Source of the DNA: Cyclobacteriaceae bacterium
Lineage (GTDB): Bacteria; Bacteroidota; Bacteroidia; Cytophagales; Cyclobacteriaceae
Direction: 5' to 3'
NCBI GenBank assembly: GCA_040882305.1
Contig: JBBEBN010000386.1
Span: forward strand, 1-55,062
DNA: 55,062 bases
The notes under the pieces were generated by a model. It had not been told where the DNA came from. It ran no database searches and worked only from the letters and a program-made list of their open reading frames with translations. The position numbers and the translations under genes are program-made. Shown here in pieces: positions 36,176-46,212 of this stretch (position 1 is its first letter; each line of letters starts with the position of its first letter).

Positions 36176-38367
36176 TGAAAAGATATTTCCTCCTGATATT
36201 GCTCGTATTGACCGTTCTGAGATCATTTTCGCAGAGCACCAACATTTCCACGTTCTTTCATAAAAAGGAAAAGAAGGCCGATTATCTTTTTGATCAGTTC
36301 GCCTATCGCAACGCGCTGGAAATTTACCTTCAGGAGTTTAAGCGCGACCCCGACGACCTTCGGGTTCGTGAAAGAATTGCCATCTGTTATTTGAAATTGC
36401 ATAACCTTGCTTCCGCCGGGTTATGGTACAGTTCGCTTGCCGAAGAGGCCGGTATTGATCCTGAAGTTATGCTTGATCATGCCGAGGTGTTGTCTATGAA
36501 TGGAAAATATGATGAATCTGCACAATGGTTCAGGGCGTATCTGAAACATAAACCGGAGGACGCGGTAGCCATTGATAAGCTTGAATTTTTGAATAACCTC
36601 CCGAAATACACGGCGAATGAGGAACGTTTTCTCATGTCGTCCTTTGATTTTAATACGGAGTATTCAGAATATGGTGCGCACTTTTTTCATCATGGGGTCG
36701 TCTTTGGGTCTACACGTGATACTGACCTTTTCATCAAGCGCAAACCTTTTGACAGACTTGCCCCTGACGAATCTTTTCTCAGCCTGTATTATGCGGAGCG
36801 GGATGACGTGGGGGCATGGGGGAAATTTGCCCCCTTTCGTTCAAAGAAAATCGAAACAATTTATCATGAAGGACCGATGGCCTTCTATGATGGTTTCAGG
36901 AAATGCGCGTTGACACAATCAAATATTAAGAATGGAAAGCCAGTGTATGACGCCACTGGCAAAGTGAACCTTCGGATTTACTTTGCAGCGGTATCGCCGA
37001 CAGGCGAAGTCGACCATCTGGTCCCTTTTGAATATAACAGCGACGCATATTCAAATGCGCATCCTTCATTTTCCCCTGATGGCACGGTAATGTATTTTGC
37101 TTCCACCATGCCTGCGGGCTATGGTGGCTCCGATCTTTACTATTCCATATCTAAAAACGACCGGTGGACAGATCCGGTAAACCTTGGTGATGCGGTCAAT
37201 ACGAGTAATGAGGAATCGTTCCCGTTTATCGCTAACGACACTACCCTGTATTTTTCTTCAAACGGCCACGGAAGCTTTGGAGGGCTTGACCTCTACGTCA
37301 GCTATAAGCGGAAGGGCAAATTCAGCAGGCCGGTAAATCTCGGGAGCCCCATTAACTCCAGGTTTGATGACTTCTCATTGGTCTGCGATAGCTTGGGGCG
37401 ATCGGGATTCATAGCGTCAAAAGAAGAAGGAGGAATGGGTCAGGACGATATTTACGGATATACGGCTAAGTTTTATTTTTTGGCTGGCGAGGTTCGGGAA
37501 TTAAGCAAGGCGAAAGAGAAAATTGCCGGCGTAAAGATCTCGGCCTTCAACAGCAATGGCGACCTGATAGATTCTACACGAAGTGATTCGTCAGGACACT
37601 TTACCCTGGACCTTCCCTTTGATCAGGATTTCAAAATAAGGGGAGAGAAAGATGGATTTGAAACACTGGTAGACCTGGCGTTTTCTACAAAGGGAAAACC
37701 TTTTGGTGTAGACAGCCTGACGTTACCACTGTGGAGGCAAAATCTTTTTTCCAGGGGCAGGATCTTCAGTAACGAGACGCAGTCCATTTTGCCTGGTGTG
37801 GCAGTGGTCCTTCATAATTTATCTGATGGCTCAAGCGACACGTTGATCGTGGATGAAACAGGCGAATACCGGTTTCTGGTGAGGCCTGATAAAAACTACC
37901 GGGTCGAAGCAAACAAAGAGGGGTTTATCCCGGACGGATTTATCCTTGACACAAAAGACATCCTGGAGGGTAATCTGCTGAATGATATCGTACTGGAGGA
38001 AGTTTACATTGATAAGGAGGTCGTTCTTTTTGATTACGATAAGGCAGAGATAAAAGAGGATGCCATAAAAATGCTGAGCAAGGTTGTCAGGACAATGATA
38101 AAATTTCCGCGGGCCACACTTAATATGGGCGCACATTCAGATTCCCGCGGATCGCATAATTATAACACCGAGCTTTCAAAGAAGCGCGCGCAATCCACCC
38201 GTGATTATTTCTTGTCAAGAGGGATCCCCGCATCAAGAATGGAAGTCACCTGGTTCGGGGAAGAGTTGATCTTGAACCGGTGCAGCGATGGGGTGGAATG
38301 TCCCGAGGAAGAGCATTCCCTGAACCGGAGGGCAGAACTGAAGGTGCAGAAACAGCCAGTGGATTAG
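36175..38367 (+). CDS. PorE-like OmpA-family protein (TPR + PD40/WD40-like + carboxypeptidase-regulatory-like + OmpA_C)
   Basis: TPR N-terminus, HPSFSPDG, GYGGSDLY, PVNLG, FGGLDLY; OmpA motif FDYDKA...AHSDSRG...LSKKRAQS...NRRAE. Confidence 0.92.
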   Translation: MKRYFLLILLVLTVLRSFSQSTNISTFFHKKEKKADYLFDQFAYRNALEIYLQEFKRDPDDLRVRERIAICYLKLHNLASAGLWYSSLAEEAGIDPEVMLDHAEVLSMNGKYDESAQWFRAYLKHKPEDAVAIDKLEFLNNLPKYTANEERFLMSSFDFNTEYSEYGAHFFHHGVVFGSTRDTDLFIKRKPFDRLAPDESFLSLYYAERDDVGAWGKFAPFRSKKIETIYHEGPMAFYDGFRKCALTQSNIKNGKPVYDATGKVNLRIYFAAVSPTGEVDHLVPFEYNSDAYSNAHPSFSPDGTVMYFASTMPAGYGGSDLYYSISKNDRWTDPVNLGDAVNTSNEESFPFIANDTTLYFSSNGHGSFGGLDLYVSYKRKGKFSRPVNLGSPINSRFDDFSLVCDSLGRSGFIASKEEGGMGQDDIYGYTAKFYFLAGEVRELSKAKEKIAGVKISAFNSNGDLIDSTRSDSSGHFTLDLPFDQDFKIRGEKDGFETLVDLAFSTKGKPFGVDSLTLPLWRQNLFSRGRIFSNETQSILPGVAVVLHNLSDGSSDTLIVDETGEYRFLVRPDKNYRVEANKEGFIPDGFILDTKDILEGNLLNDIVLEEVYIDKEVVLFDYDKAEIKEDAIKMLSKVVRTMIKFPRATLNMGAHSDSRGSHNYNTELSKKRAQSTRDYFLSRGIPASRMEVTWFGEELILNRCSDGVECPEEEHSLNRRAELKVQKQPVD

Positions 38368-38403
38368 TTCGCATCGAAATGCAGGCAGTCAACTAATCAG
38401 CCA

Positions 38404-39432
38404 CTATTTACTTTTTGTGTTGGCCTTCACATATTTTTCGAGATTGTTTGGATTTCCATCCTCGAGATCGCTGATATAATGGTACCATTCAGCCCACCCG
38501 AGCCCATATTTTTCACCGAGTTTCTTATTGGAGACCTGGCTGAAATTCAACCGCCTGGCATCGATGTCAAACACAAAATGCTTCACCCAGTTGTGGTCCG
38601 CCGATTTACCGTTCTCTTCCAGAATGGGGAGCCTTTTTCCTTCAGCGGCCAGTGTTTCCTTAAGTTTTTTACCGTACCCCTGTCCGGCAGGGCCTTTGGT
38701 CACGTTCAGCATATTTATTTCCACCTTCCTGTCGATATAGTCCGTGATATCCACGATCCTGTTCGCCCTCTTGGGGGTTCGTGAAAAATAATATCTGACC
38801 TTCGGGCTATGGGGTTGCAGACCTGCATCGAAATGTTCAGGATAGTCTGCCCTTCCGGCGGCCATCCACCGGGCCGCCTCCACCGCCCTGGCGGTAACAT
38901 AGTGGTCGGGATTCTCCTCATGGTGTTCCCATGGATCCCAGCATACGATGGTATCCACTTTCAGCAGGCGGAACAGGAATATAAGCCTTCCTTTCAGATC
39001 CTGTATTCCCATATTGTCCATCTGGTGGTGGTTATACATGAAGTCATAGGCTTTTTTCATCCCGTATCCTTTTGCAATATTGTGGCTGTCAACCGTATTG
39101 CCTTCCGCGTCCCCTTTGCTGTCATCGGAGGTCCGGAGTAAATATCCCGTGTAGCCTTCATCCATCAGTTTTGCCACCAATCCTCCGGCAAAGAGTGGGA
39201 TATCGTCCGAGTGCGCCTGAATGGCCAGCAGCACTTTTCCAGTATGTGGTTTTCCTTTATTCGATCTTTCGATGATGATCTCATCGTCCTGCTGTAAAAG
39301 ATCGTCGTGTTTTTTTTTTGTCTCCAGCGGGTCTTTCCTGTTTTTATTGATAGGTGAAGCTGAGGCCCATAAAGAGGATCCGGCCAGTGCACCTGACAGC
39401 ATCCCTTTTTGCAAAAAATCTTTGCGTTTCAT
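38404..39432 (-). CDS. PIG-L/LmbE family deacetylase with Tat-like signal
   Basis: MKRKDFLQKG signal; zinc motifs QAHSDD and EENPDH. Confidence 0.85.
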   Translation of the reverse strand: MKRKDFLQKGMLSGALAGSSLWASASPINKNRKDPLETKKKHDDLLQQDDEIIIERSNKGKPHTGKVLLAIQAHSDDIPLFAGGLVAKLMDEGYTGYLLRTSDDSKGDAEGNTVDSHNIAKGYGMKKAYDFMYNHHQMDNMGIQDLKGRLIFLFRLLKVDTIVCWDPWEHHEENPDHYVTARAVEAARWMAAGRADYPEHFDAGLQPHSPKVRYYFSRTPKRANRIVDITDYIDRKVEINMLNVTKGPAGQGYGKKLKETLAAEGKRLPILEENGKSADHNWVKHFVFDIDARRLNFSQVSNKKLGEKYGLGWAEWYHYISDLEDGNPNNLEKYVKANTKSK

Positions 39433-39466
39433 GTCAATTGGGTTTTATGATTAGGGCAGATGCCAA

Positions 39467-41020
39467 TCAATTTTTATACGGTTGCGGTTGGGTTATTTCA
39501 GTTCCGCCGGTAGTTCTGCCACTCCAGAGGTAGTCGCTTGAATGAATATCATTCCACTCGGGGGTGGGAGCAAAAAAGCTGGTGTAGCGCGGATCAAGGT
39601 GCTGCTTAAGTATATCTTCTCTTAATTCAATTCCCAATCCCGGGGAATCCGGGACGAGCGCGAAGCCTTTCTCCATAATGTTTTTGCCATCAGTGGTTTT
39701 TACCAGATCTTTCCACCAGGGGTTATCCAGGGAGCCATTGTTCGGCATCTCCAGCGAAAGCACATTGTTTGTGGCCGCGGCACTGTGAATATTGGCCATG
39801 AATGAAACCGGAGTACCGGCAAAATGCAGGATCATGGGAACTCCCCTGGATTCGGCATAGTCTCCAATAATCTTTGTTTCCAAAAGTCCACCGGATGAAG
39901 CCAGGTCTGGTTGAACAATATCAACTGCGTGGTTATCGATCAGTTTGATGAACTGTTCCTTCAGATAAATATCCTCGCCAGTAAGGGTCGGGGTTTCAAT
40001 TGCCTCCGTTACGGTCTGCCACTGATGGATATAATCCATAGGGAAAAAATCTTCCAGGAATGCCAGTCGATAAGGATCAAGTGCTTTACCAACACGGATA
40101 GCAGTATTCACATCATAATTCCCCAGCCCGTCAGCGCCCAGCGGGAGATCCCACCCTACTATGTTGCGCACCATTTCCACATATTTGGCGAGTTCATCCA
40201 AACCCTTTTCCGTGATCTGCGTCTGGCTGAAGGGTTGTTTCTGTCGCATTTCGCCTGTGGCGATGGGAGCATAACTGTTCTTATACCCGGGAGTAAACCA
40301 GAACCTGTCGTTGACCGTTGTCCCCGGTATGTCAGCGACCCACGACAAAGACGGGTACATTTTAAACCAGGTTATTCCAAGCTCTTCCTTCCGGAATTTC
40401 ATTTCCATCTTGAACTTTTCGACATCCATGTTTCTTCCATTGTGTCTGGGAACATAAGCATACATCCTTATTTTTTCCCGGTATTTTCCGCCCAGCAACC
40501 GCCAGCAAGGAACGTTGTAAGCTTTTCCGGTTAGATCCCACAGGGCCATTTCAACAGCGCTGACCCCGCCTCCCTGACGGGCATGACCGCCGAACTGTTT
40601 GATGAGTTTAAATAGCATTTCAACGTTACAGGGATTATGACCCAGCAGCCGGCTTTTAAGCATCAGGGCATACCGCCAGTCTGCGCCGTCCCTCACTTCC
40701 CCTAATCCATAGATACCCTGATTGGTATCGATCCGGATAATGGGTCGGCGATGAACAGCGACGCAGTAGCGCATATCTGTAATTTTCAGATCGGAGGGAT
40801 TTGAGGAGCGCTGCACCTCCGAGGTGGTTTGCGCTACCGTATCCTCTACGGACAAGTTCATCAAACCTGCCAGAGATATTCCGCCGAGCGCGGTCTTCTT
40901 AAAGAAATTACGACGGCTGTCTTTAACGGTGGGTTCCAGACTTTCCGTTTTCGGGACCGCGGCTGTTGAATTCTCCTGATGCTTGTTACTTTGAGCAATT
41001 TTTTCCAGAATATTTTTCAT
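39467..41020 (-). CDS. Mandelate racemase/muconate lactonizing enzyme family protein with Tat signal
   Basis: SRRNFFKK, GIYGLGEVRDG, SAVEMALWDL, FLED, TGEDIY, VQPDL, PGLGIEL. Confidence 0.9.
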   Translation of the reverse strand: MKNILEKIAQSNKHQENSTAAVPKTESLEPTVKDSRRNFFKKTALGGISLAGLMNLSVEDTVAQTTSEVQRSSNPSDLKITDMRYCVAVHRRPIIRIDTNQGIYGLGEVRDGADWRYALMLKSRLLGHNPCNVEMLFKLIKQFGGHARQGGGVSAVEMALWDLTGKAYNVPCWRLLGGKYREKIRMYAYVPRHNGRNMDVEKFKMEMKFRKEELGITWFKMYPSLSWVADIPGTTVNDRFWFTPGYKNSYAPIATGEMRQKQPFSQTQITEKGLDELAKYVEMVRNIVGWDLPLGADGLGNYDVNTAIRVGKALDPYRLAFLEDFFPMDYIHQWQTVTEAIETPTLTGEDIYLKEQFIKLIDNHAVDIVQPDLASSGGLLETKIIGDYAESRGVPMILHFAGTPVSFMANIHSAAATNNVLSLEMPNNGSLDNPWWKDLVKTTDGKNIMEKGFALVPDSPGLGIELREDILKQHLDPRYTSFFAPTPEWNDIHSSDYLWSGRTTGGTEITQPQPYKN

Positions 41021-41349
41021 AATTATAAGTTCTCCTTAAATTAAAAGTTCACACATTGATTTATGTTTATCACCGTCAGCAAAATCACTGTCGGCGATGA
41101 GTATTTCCTGGCCTTTTTTATATCATTAATCCCAGAAAAATTCTTGTGATCATGTTATCTGTTCTCTTGCTCGATAGGCGAGTCTGTAAATAAAGAAGCT
41201 GGCCTGGGCTTGTCGGCTGCATCTTCATTGACTAATTTAGACCGCGAGGGCCTCCTGGTTTGTTTCACCCCTCGAAGATCAATTGCTGGTACAGGTTTTA
41301 ATTTCTAAATATTGGGACGTGTATGGTTAAAGGTTGGACTTCGGCAAGC

Positions 41350-41757
41350 TCAGTCACCGGGCGGTACCTGAGCATGTCGAAGTTCCGTTTCAATAATGTT
41401 TCGCAATAATCGCTTAAGGTTTTCAAAATTGCTGGGCTTGATCACGAATTTGCGCGCGCCCAATTTTTTGAAGGAATCCATTTCCTCTTTATGTGAGCTT
41501 GTTGAATAGATGATGACCGGGATCGTGCGAAGCCCTAATGTCTTTCTTAGTTGTATGAGGAATTGCTTTCCGTTCATTCGGGGCATGTTGATATCGACAA
41601 AAATCAAGTCGGGACGCACGGTTAACTCGTCCAGTATTTTCAGGCCCTCCAGGCCGTCTTTGGCCGTGTTTAAGACTATATGGGGGTTAATGCAGGCCAG
41701 GGCATCCTGGAATATTTCCAGGTCCTCGAGGTCATCATCAATGTAGAGGATATTCAT
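41350..41757 (-). CDS. Single-domain response regulator (CheY-like)
   Basis: ILYIDDD, FVDINMPRMNG (phospho-Asp), IYSTS, FVIKP. Confidence 0.92.
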   Translation of the reverse strand: MNILYIDDDLEDLEIFQDALACINPHIVLNTAKDGLEGLKILDELTVRPDLIFVDINMPRMNGKQFLIQLRKTLGLRTIPVIIYSTSSHKEEMDSFKKLGARKFVIKPSNFENLKRLLRNIIETELRHAQVPPGD

Positions 41758-41763
41758 GATACT

Positions 41764-41796
41764 CTATGCTGGAGGGTAGATGTCAAAAGTCGATCC
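41764..41796 (-). pseudogene. Possible 3' remnant of a histidine kinase gene
   Basis: Reads GSTFDIYPPA* immediately upstream of the response regulator, resembling the G(S/A)TFxIxLP end of HATPase_c domains; very short, with an in-frame stop just upstream. Confidence 0.3.
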
Positions 41797-42042
41797 GTCT
41801 CGGGCAGTTCATCCGCTTTTCGATTATTTTTTCTGATCACTCCAGTGATGTCGGAGACATATACATCTTCTAAGTTCCCTGTCTTCATGACATACTAATG
41901 CTTAGTGGCGGAATTTGGACAATGCTTCGAAGTTGAGTAATGATTTATCTGATTTTGGTTACTAAAAGTTTAGGCACGTGTTGGTAAAAAAAACATGCCA
42001 AAAAAGTGATGGGAACAGGTGGGTTAATGACTGTGGTTGCTA

Positions 42043-42498
42043 TCATTGCCTGGTGGGCAGCATATTTCTGATAGCGCTGATTTTCCATTTTCCCTTAGAC
42101 GAGACAACAATAAAGGTACTCCACATTCTTCTTATGGATCCGTCCGCATTTTGTATTTCGTATTTACAATCAACAATTGCGCAGTTCTGATTGAGGAGTC
42201 GTATTTTTTCAATGTTGAGCGTTCTTGTGCCGGGGCTGCCGGATGAACTGCTCAGCATTCCCTTCACCGAAGTGCCGATCCCATTTCTCCACTCACCTGT
42301 TGAAACCAATTGATCAATATCAGGTGTCAGGATACTTTTGAGCAGGACGGTATCACTCTTTTCCCTGGCTTGGGAATATTGATCGATCAGAGCGTAAATA
42401 TTGTTTCTCTGTTTATCGTCAGGAGCGGTGGCACTTTGACTAAGTAGAGATGATGTGCCTGTTATACTTAAAACAATGAGCAGGTAAATATTTTTCAT
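42043..42498 (-). CDS. Secreted NTF2-like/SnoaL (DUF4440-type) protein
   Basis: Signal peptide; LIDQYSQARE...DIDQLVSTGEWRNG...AIVDCKYEI...WKISAIRNMLP. Confidence 0.85.
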   Translation of the reverse strand: MKNIYLLIVLSITGTSSLLSQSATAPDDKQRNNIYALIDQYSQAREKSDTVLLKSILTPDIDQLVSTGEWRNGIGTSVKGMLSSSSGSPGTRTLNIEKIRLLNQNCAIVDCKYEIQNADGSIRRMWSTFIVVSSKGKWKISAIRNMLPTRQ

Positions 42499-42514
42499 AA
42501 TTTAGCAGAGGCGG

Positions 42515-42607
42515 TCACAATGCTCCAAATTGTTTCAAGAACTTTTCTGAGTTGGCTTTTACACTGGCAGAGGGATTGAGACTCAAAGCTTTCTTAAAGC
42601 TCTTGAT
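42515..42607 (-). pseudogene. Orphan 3' fragment of a TPR-containing gene
   Basis: Hand translation IKSFKKALSLNPSASVKANSEKFLKQFGAL* (TPR helix-B KALxLNP signature); no start codon and an in-frame TAA at 42644-42646. Confidence 0.5.
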
Positions 42608-43161
42608 ATTAACGTGGTAGCGCGTTAGGAAACTATTGATAAATTACGACAATTGCAAGACTATAATTCCTGTTTCTTGTGCCCGGGTGTTTCTTCCGCG
42701 GGATTGAACGAGGAGAAATACAAATGGCTGACATTTGATCTCGTGATGCACTGACCGGCGCATTTTGATAATGCTGTTCATCATGTATTATGCAGTTCAA
42801 AGAATACGCCGGGAAGCGATTCAAAGTCTGAAATCAGCGATTTACTGGGTCTTTAAAGGCGTACTATACCGCAAGGAGGGAGGTCTAGCTTTTTGGAGCT
42901 CCGTCAATGCCGCTTGGTAAAATCATTACCGATATTGGGGAATAATCCCTTAAAAGTTCAGTGTGTATTCCTCTGCAGAGGGAAAGAAACTATTTTTTTA
43001 ATCAAAGTTAAGTATCAAATCTGCCCTGGCAAGGCATGGGGAGCGATGCAAGTTAAATTGATGGAGTAATTTCCCAACAACGGAAATTATTGGCATGATT
43101 TGTTTATCAACGTATTTTTTTCTGTTACCTGACCAAAAAGGTATGAGATTGCCTATACCAA

Positions 43162-43434
43162 ATGACTTACCCGAAATGTTGTATCCTGATCGATGATGAC
43201 CCCAATGACCAATTGGTGTCCTCTCTTGCGAAAGCACATTTTAGCAGACCTATTTTTTGTGTTTCAATGAATAATGGCCTGGATGCTTTAAGAGAGCTCG
43301 AACAGGACGCCGTTACCCCTGATTTTATTTTCCCTGATCTGAGCAATAAAACGCGAAACCTTGGGGCTGTGGCCTTCATAACCAAACCTTATTTCATGGC
43401 AGATCCGGGCATGAGGTTGAATGATTTCTTTTGA
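43162..43434 (+). pseudogene. Degenerate response regulator with an internal deletion
   Basis: ILIDDDP...NNGLDAL...TPDFIFPDL is joined directly to LGAVAFITKP; the NMPxMNG...IxST segment present in the 41350 paralog is missing. Confidence 0.7.
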
Positions 43435-43506
43435 CTCATTATAGTTTTTAATCGAACGGATAAACCAATATTCTCCTATTAACGCTACAATAATATCTTA
43501 TACTTT

Positions 43507-44409
43507 ATGAAAACCGATTCATTTATTGCATTAAAAAAAGAAGATTCAACGAACGATTCAATCAAAATTCTGCAGAGAGAGAGGAAGAATGTCTTGGAAC
43601 TATGGTTGAATAACCTGTTGACGGACCCGAACCTGCGTGAGGATCTCATGAGTAATGGCGACTTACGAAATCAATCGGAAGAACTTTTGAATTCGTTTAT
43701 CGATTCTCTTAATGATGAGAGTATCGAGGATAGTCAATCCAATGCTTTCGACAGCGTTAATGAAATACTTTCGGGAATTTCTATATCACGGGCAAAGCAG
43801 GGTTTTTCACCCAGGGAGACCGGAACTTATATTTTTAGTCTCAAAGGAGCCTTACTGCAGGTATTGCAACAGGAAATAAAAGATAAATCATCGCTGTATG
43901 CGCAGAATCTGAAGATCACCCTGATCATGGATAGCTTCACACAAACGACTTTCGAAACGTATATCAAGGGACGTGAAGAGGTTATCGTCCGTCAGACTGA
44001 TGAAATGGCGGAGATTTCCACGCCGGTGATCAGGGTGTGGGATGGGATTGTCGTACTTCCTATCCTGGGAACATTAGACAGTTCAAGAACGCAGGTAGTG
44101 ATGGAAAATCTTCTCCAGGGAATAGTTGAAACCGGAAGCAGCATCGCTATTCTGGATATTTCGGGTGTACCTGCCGTCGATTCCCTCGTAGCGCAGAACC
44201 TGATCAAGACGGTAAGTGCAGCAAGATTAATGGGCGCTGAATGTATCATCAGTGGCATTCGTCCGGAGATCGCGCAAACGGTGGTGCATCTCGGTATTGA
44301 CTTGTCCAATATCATAACAAAATCAACATTGGCGAGTGCATTGAAGCACGCCTTCACCATATTGCAGCTGGAAGTCGGCAAAAAGAAGTTACAAGCGATA
44401 TTAAATTAA
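43507..44409 (+). CDS. rsbR: Stressosome RsbR (RsbRD_N-like domain + STAS)
   Basis: ISISRAKQGFSPRETG, EISTPVIRVWDGIVVLPILGTLDSSRTQ, ILDISGVPAVDSLVA, GIRPEIAQT. Confidence 0.92.
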   Translation: MKTDSFIALKKEDSTNDSIKILQRERKNVLELWLNNLLTDPNLREDLMSNGDLRNQSEELLNSFIDSLNDESIEDSQSNAFDSVNEILSGISISRAKQGFSPRETGTYIFSLKGALLQVLQQEIKDKSSLYAQNLKITLIMDSFTQTTFETYIKGREEVIVRQTDEMAEISTPVIRVWDGIVVLPILGTLDSSRTQVVMENLLQGIVETGSSIAILDISGVPAVDSLVAQNLIKTVSAARLMGAECIISGIRPEIAQTVVHLGIDLSNIITKSTLASALKHAFTILQLEVGKKKLQAILN

Positions 44410-44410
44410 T

Positions 44411-44812
44411 ATGGTTATGCAAAAGATACCTATTCTCAGGATGGGCGAGTTCTTATTGGTCACTATTCAGGTAGACCTTTATGACAAGCTGGCCGAGAAT
44501 CTTGAATCAGATCTTGTGATGATGGTAAAGAAGACAGGAGCACACGGCGTGCTGATCGATATTTCATCTGTTACCATTATCGATTCGTTTATGGGACGTA
44601 TCATAGGTAACATTGCCATGATGACAAAGATCATGGATGCAGAAACGGTTGTGGTTGGAATGCAGCCCGCTGTTGCGATTACTTTAATTGAACTTGGGTT
44701 GTCTCTTAAAGGAGTTTATTGTGCATTAAACGTTGAGAAGGGGATGGAATTTTTGAAATCAAGAATTTCAACTCAAGTCAGGGAAACCGAGGATGCCGAT
44801 ATTAATAGTTAG
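44411..44812 (+). CDS. rsbS: Stressosome RsbS (STAS)
   Basis: IPILRMG, VLIDISSVTIIDSFMGR (phospho-Ser site), GMQPAVAITLIELG. Confidence 0.93.
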   Translation: MVMQKIPILRMGEFLLVTIQVDLYDKLAENLESDLVMMVKKTGAHGVLIDISSVTIIDSFMGRIIGNIAMMTKIMDAETVVVGMQPAVAITLIELGLSLKGVYCALNVEKGMEFLKSRISTQVRETEDADINS

Positions 44813-45209
44813 TAAAGACCAGATTTCTATTAGTAAAGAACAGGATGTTGTTCCGTTTCGCAACAGAGTGAAGGAGTATGCTGTCAAAATTAATATGGGT
44901 GTCGTTACCGAGACGAAACTTATTACGGCGGCAAGTGAATTGGTTCGAAACATGCTCACCTACGGAAGAGGTGGAATTGCCTTGATTGAAGTAGTCACCA
45001 GGGGACCTGATACAGGTATCAGGTTGACATTTACCGATAAGGGTCCGGGAATCGGAGATGTTACACTTGCGCTGGAAGACGGTTACTCAACCTCCAAAAG
45101 CCTTGGTCTTGGGTTGCCGGGGGCGAGAAGACTTGTGAGTGAATTTGAAATTCAATCCTACGTGGGGAAGGGTACAACGATAAGAATTATCAAATGGAAA
45201 AATGGATAA
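44793..45209 (+). CDS. rsbT: RsbT Ser/Thr kinase (anti-sigma regulatory factor)
   Basis: TAASELVRNM, FTDKGPGI, DGYSTSKSLGLGLPGARRL, GKGT. Confidence 0.93.
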   Translation: MPILIVSKDQISISKEQDVVPFRNRVKEYAVKINMGVVTETKLITAASELVRNMLTYGRGGIALIEVVTRGPDTGIRLTFTDKGPGIGDVTLALEDGYSTSKSLGLGLPGARRLVSEFEIQSYVGKGTTIRIIKWKNG

Positions 45210-46212
45210 CGCCCCCTTTACCAGCCATGAAATTAGAGAGAAAAGCTCCGTTTCCTTTGTCAAAAGAGAGATTCACAATATTGCGATCTCCGAATCTTTC
45301 GGTGTATCACGCACAGGCATCATTGACATCGCGGTCTCCGAGCTGACGTCTAATATCATTAAGCACGCTGCGAAAGGCGAAATGCTGTTTCGGTTCTCGA
45401 AAGAAAATAATTGCAGGTTCTTTGAAATGATCTGTCTTGACAGCGGACCTGGGATAAAAAATGTTTCGCATTCTATGAAAGATGGGGTGTCGACCACTAA
45501 AACCCTGGGACAAGGGCTGGGAGCCCTCGAAAGATTAAGTGACATTTTTCAGATCTACTCCATTGTAAAATGGGGTACTGTATGCTATTGTAAGATTTAT
45601 ACTGCTGGTCATATCCCGTCCGTTCAACCACCGGGTATAAGGGTTCGGGCATTGAATGTTTCAAAACCGGGTCAAACGGTGAGCGGGGATGGATTTCAAA
45701 TTGTATACAAGTCGAACTATACGAAGATCTTTATGGGCGATGGCCTGGGGCATGGGAAAGAAGCCTATGATGCAGTGCAAACTGCCATAACGAATTTTCA
45801 AAGATGCACAGGGAACGATCCTGCGGAAGTACTCAAATTTATTCACGAACCTGCAAAGAAAACACGTGGATTGGTGGGGGCCGCAGTCGTAGCCGACCAT
45901 GTCTCGAAAAAATGGCGTATATGCGGCATCGGTAACATTGATACCAGGCTGTCTGATGGAATACTGACCAGGAAATATATCAGTCATAACGGAATTATCG
46001 GTTCAAATTTTCCCGTTACATTAATAAATCACGAAGCAGGTCTCGAGAAAAATCAGCGCCTTATTATGAGTTCCGATGGGATCAAAGTCGGTTGGGAACT
46101 TTCTCAGTTCCCATCAATTTTGAGATACGATCCGCTTATGCTTGCGGCAGTGATTTATAAAGACAATGCGCGCAAAAATGATGATATGTCTATTTTAATT
46201 GCCAAAACATAA
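45202..46212 (+). CDS. HATPase + SpoIIE/PP2C phosphatase (RsbX-like)
   Basis: N-terminal SELTSNIIKHA...DSGPGI...GQGLGA; C-terminal SGDG, GDGLGHG, TRG, SSDG and DD phosphatase motifs. Confidence 0.88.
   Translation: MDNAPFTSHEIREKSSVSFVKREIHNIAISESFGVSRTGIIDIAVSELTSNIIKHAAKGEMLFRFSKENNCRFFEMICLDSGPGIKNVSHSMKDGVSTTKTLGQGLGALERLSDIFQIYSIVKWGTVCYCKIYTAGHIPSVQPPGIRVRALNVSKPGQTVSGDGFQIVYKSNYTKIFMGDGLGHGKEAYDAVQTAITNFQRCTGNDPAEVLKFIHEPAKKTRGLVGAAVVADHVSKKWRICGIGNIDTRLSDGILTRKYISHNGIIGSNFPVTLINHEAGLEKNQRLIMSSDGIKVGWELSQFPSILRYDPLMLAAVIYKDNARKNDDMSILIAKT

Noticed and set aside
39911-40534. 207-aa plus-strand ORF
   Set aside because: Antisense to the enolase-superfamily gene; no motifs.
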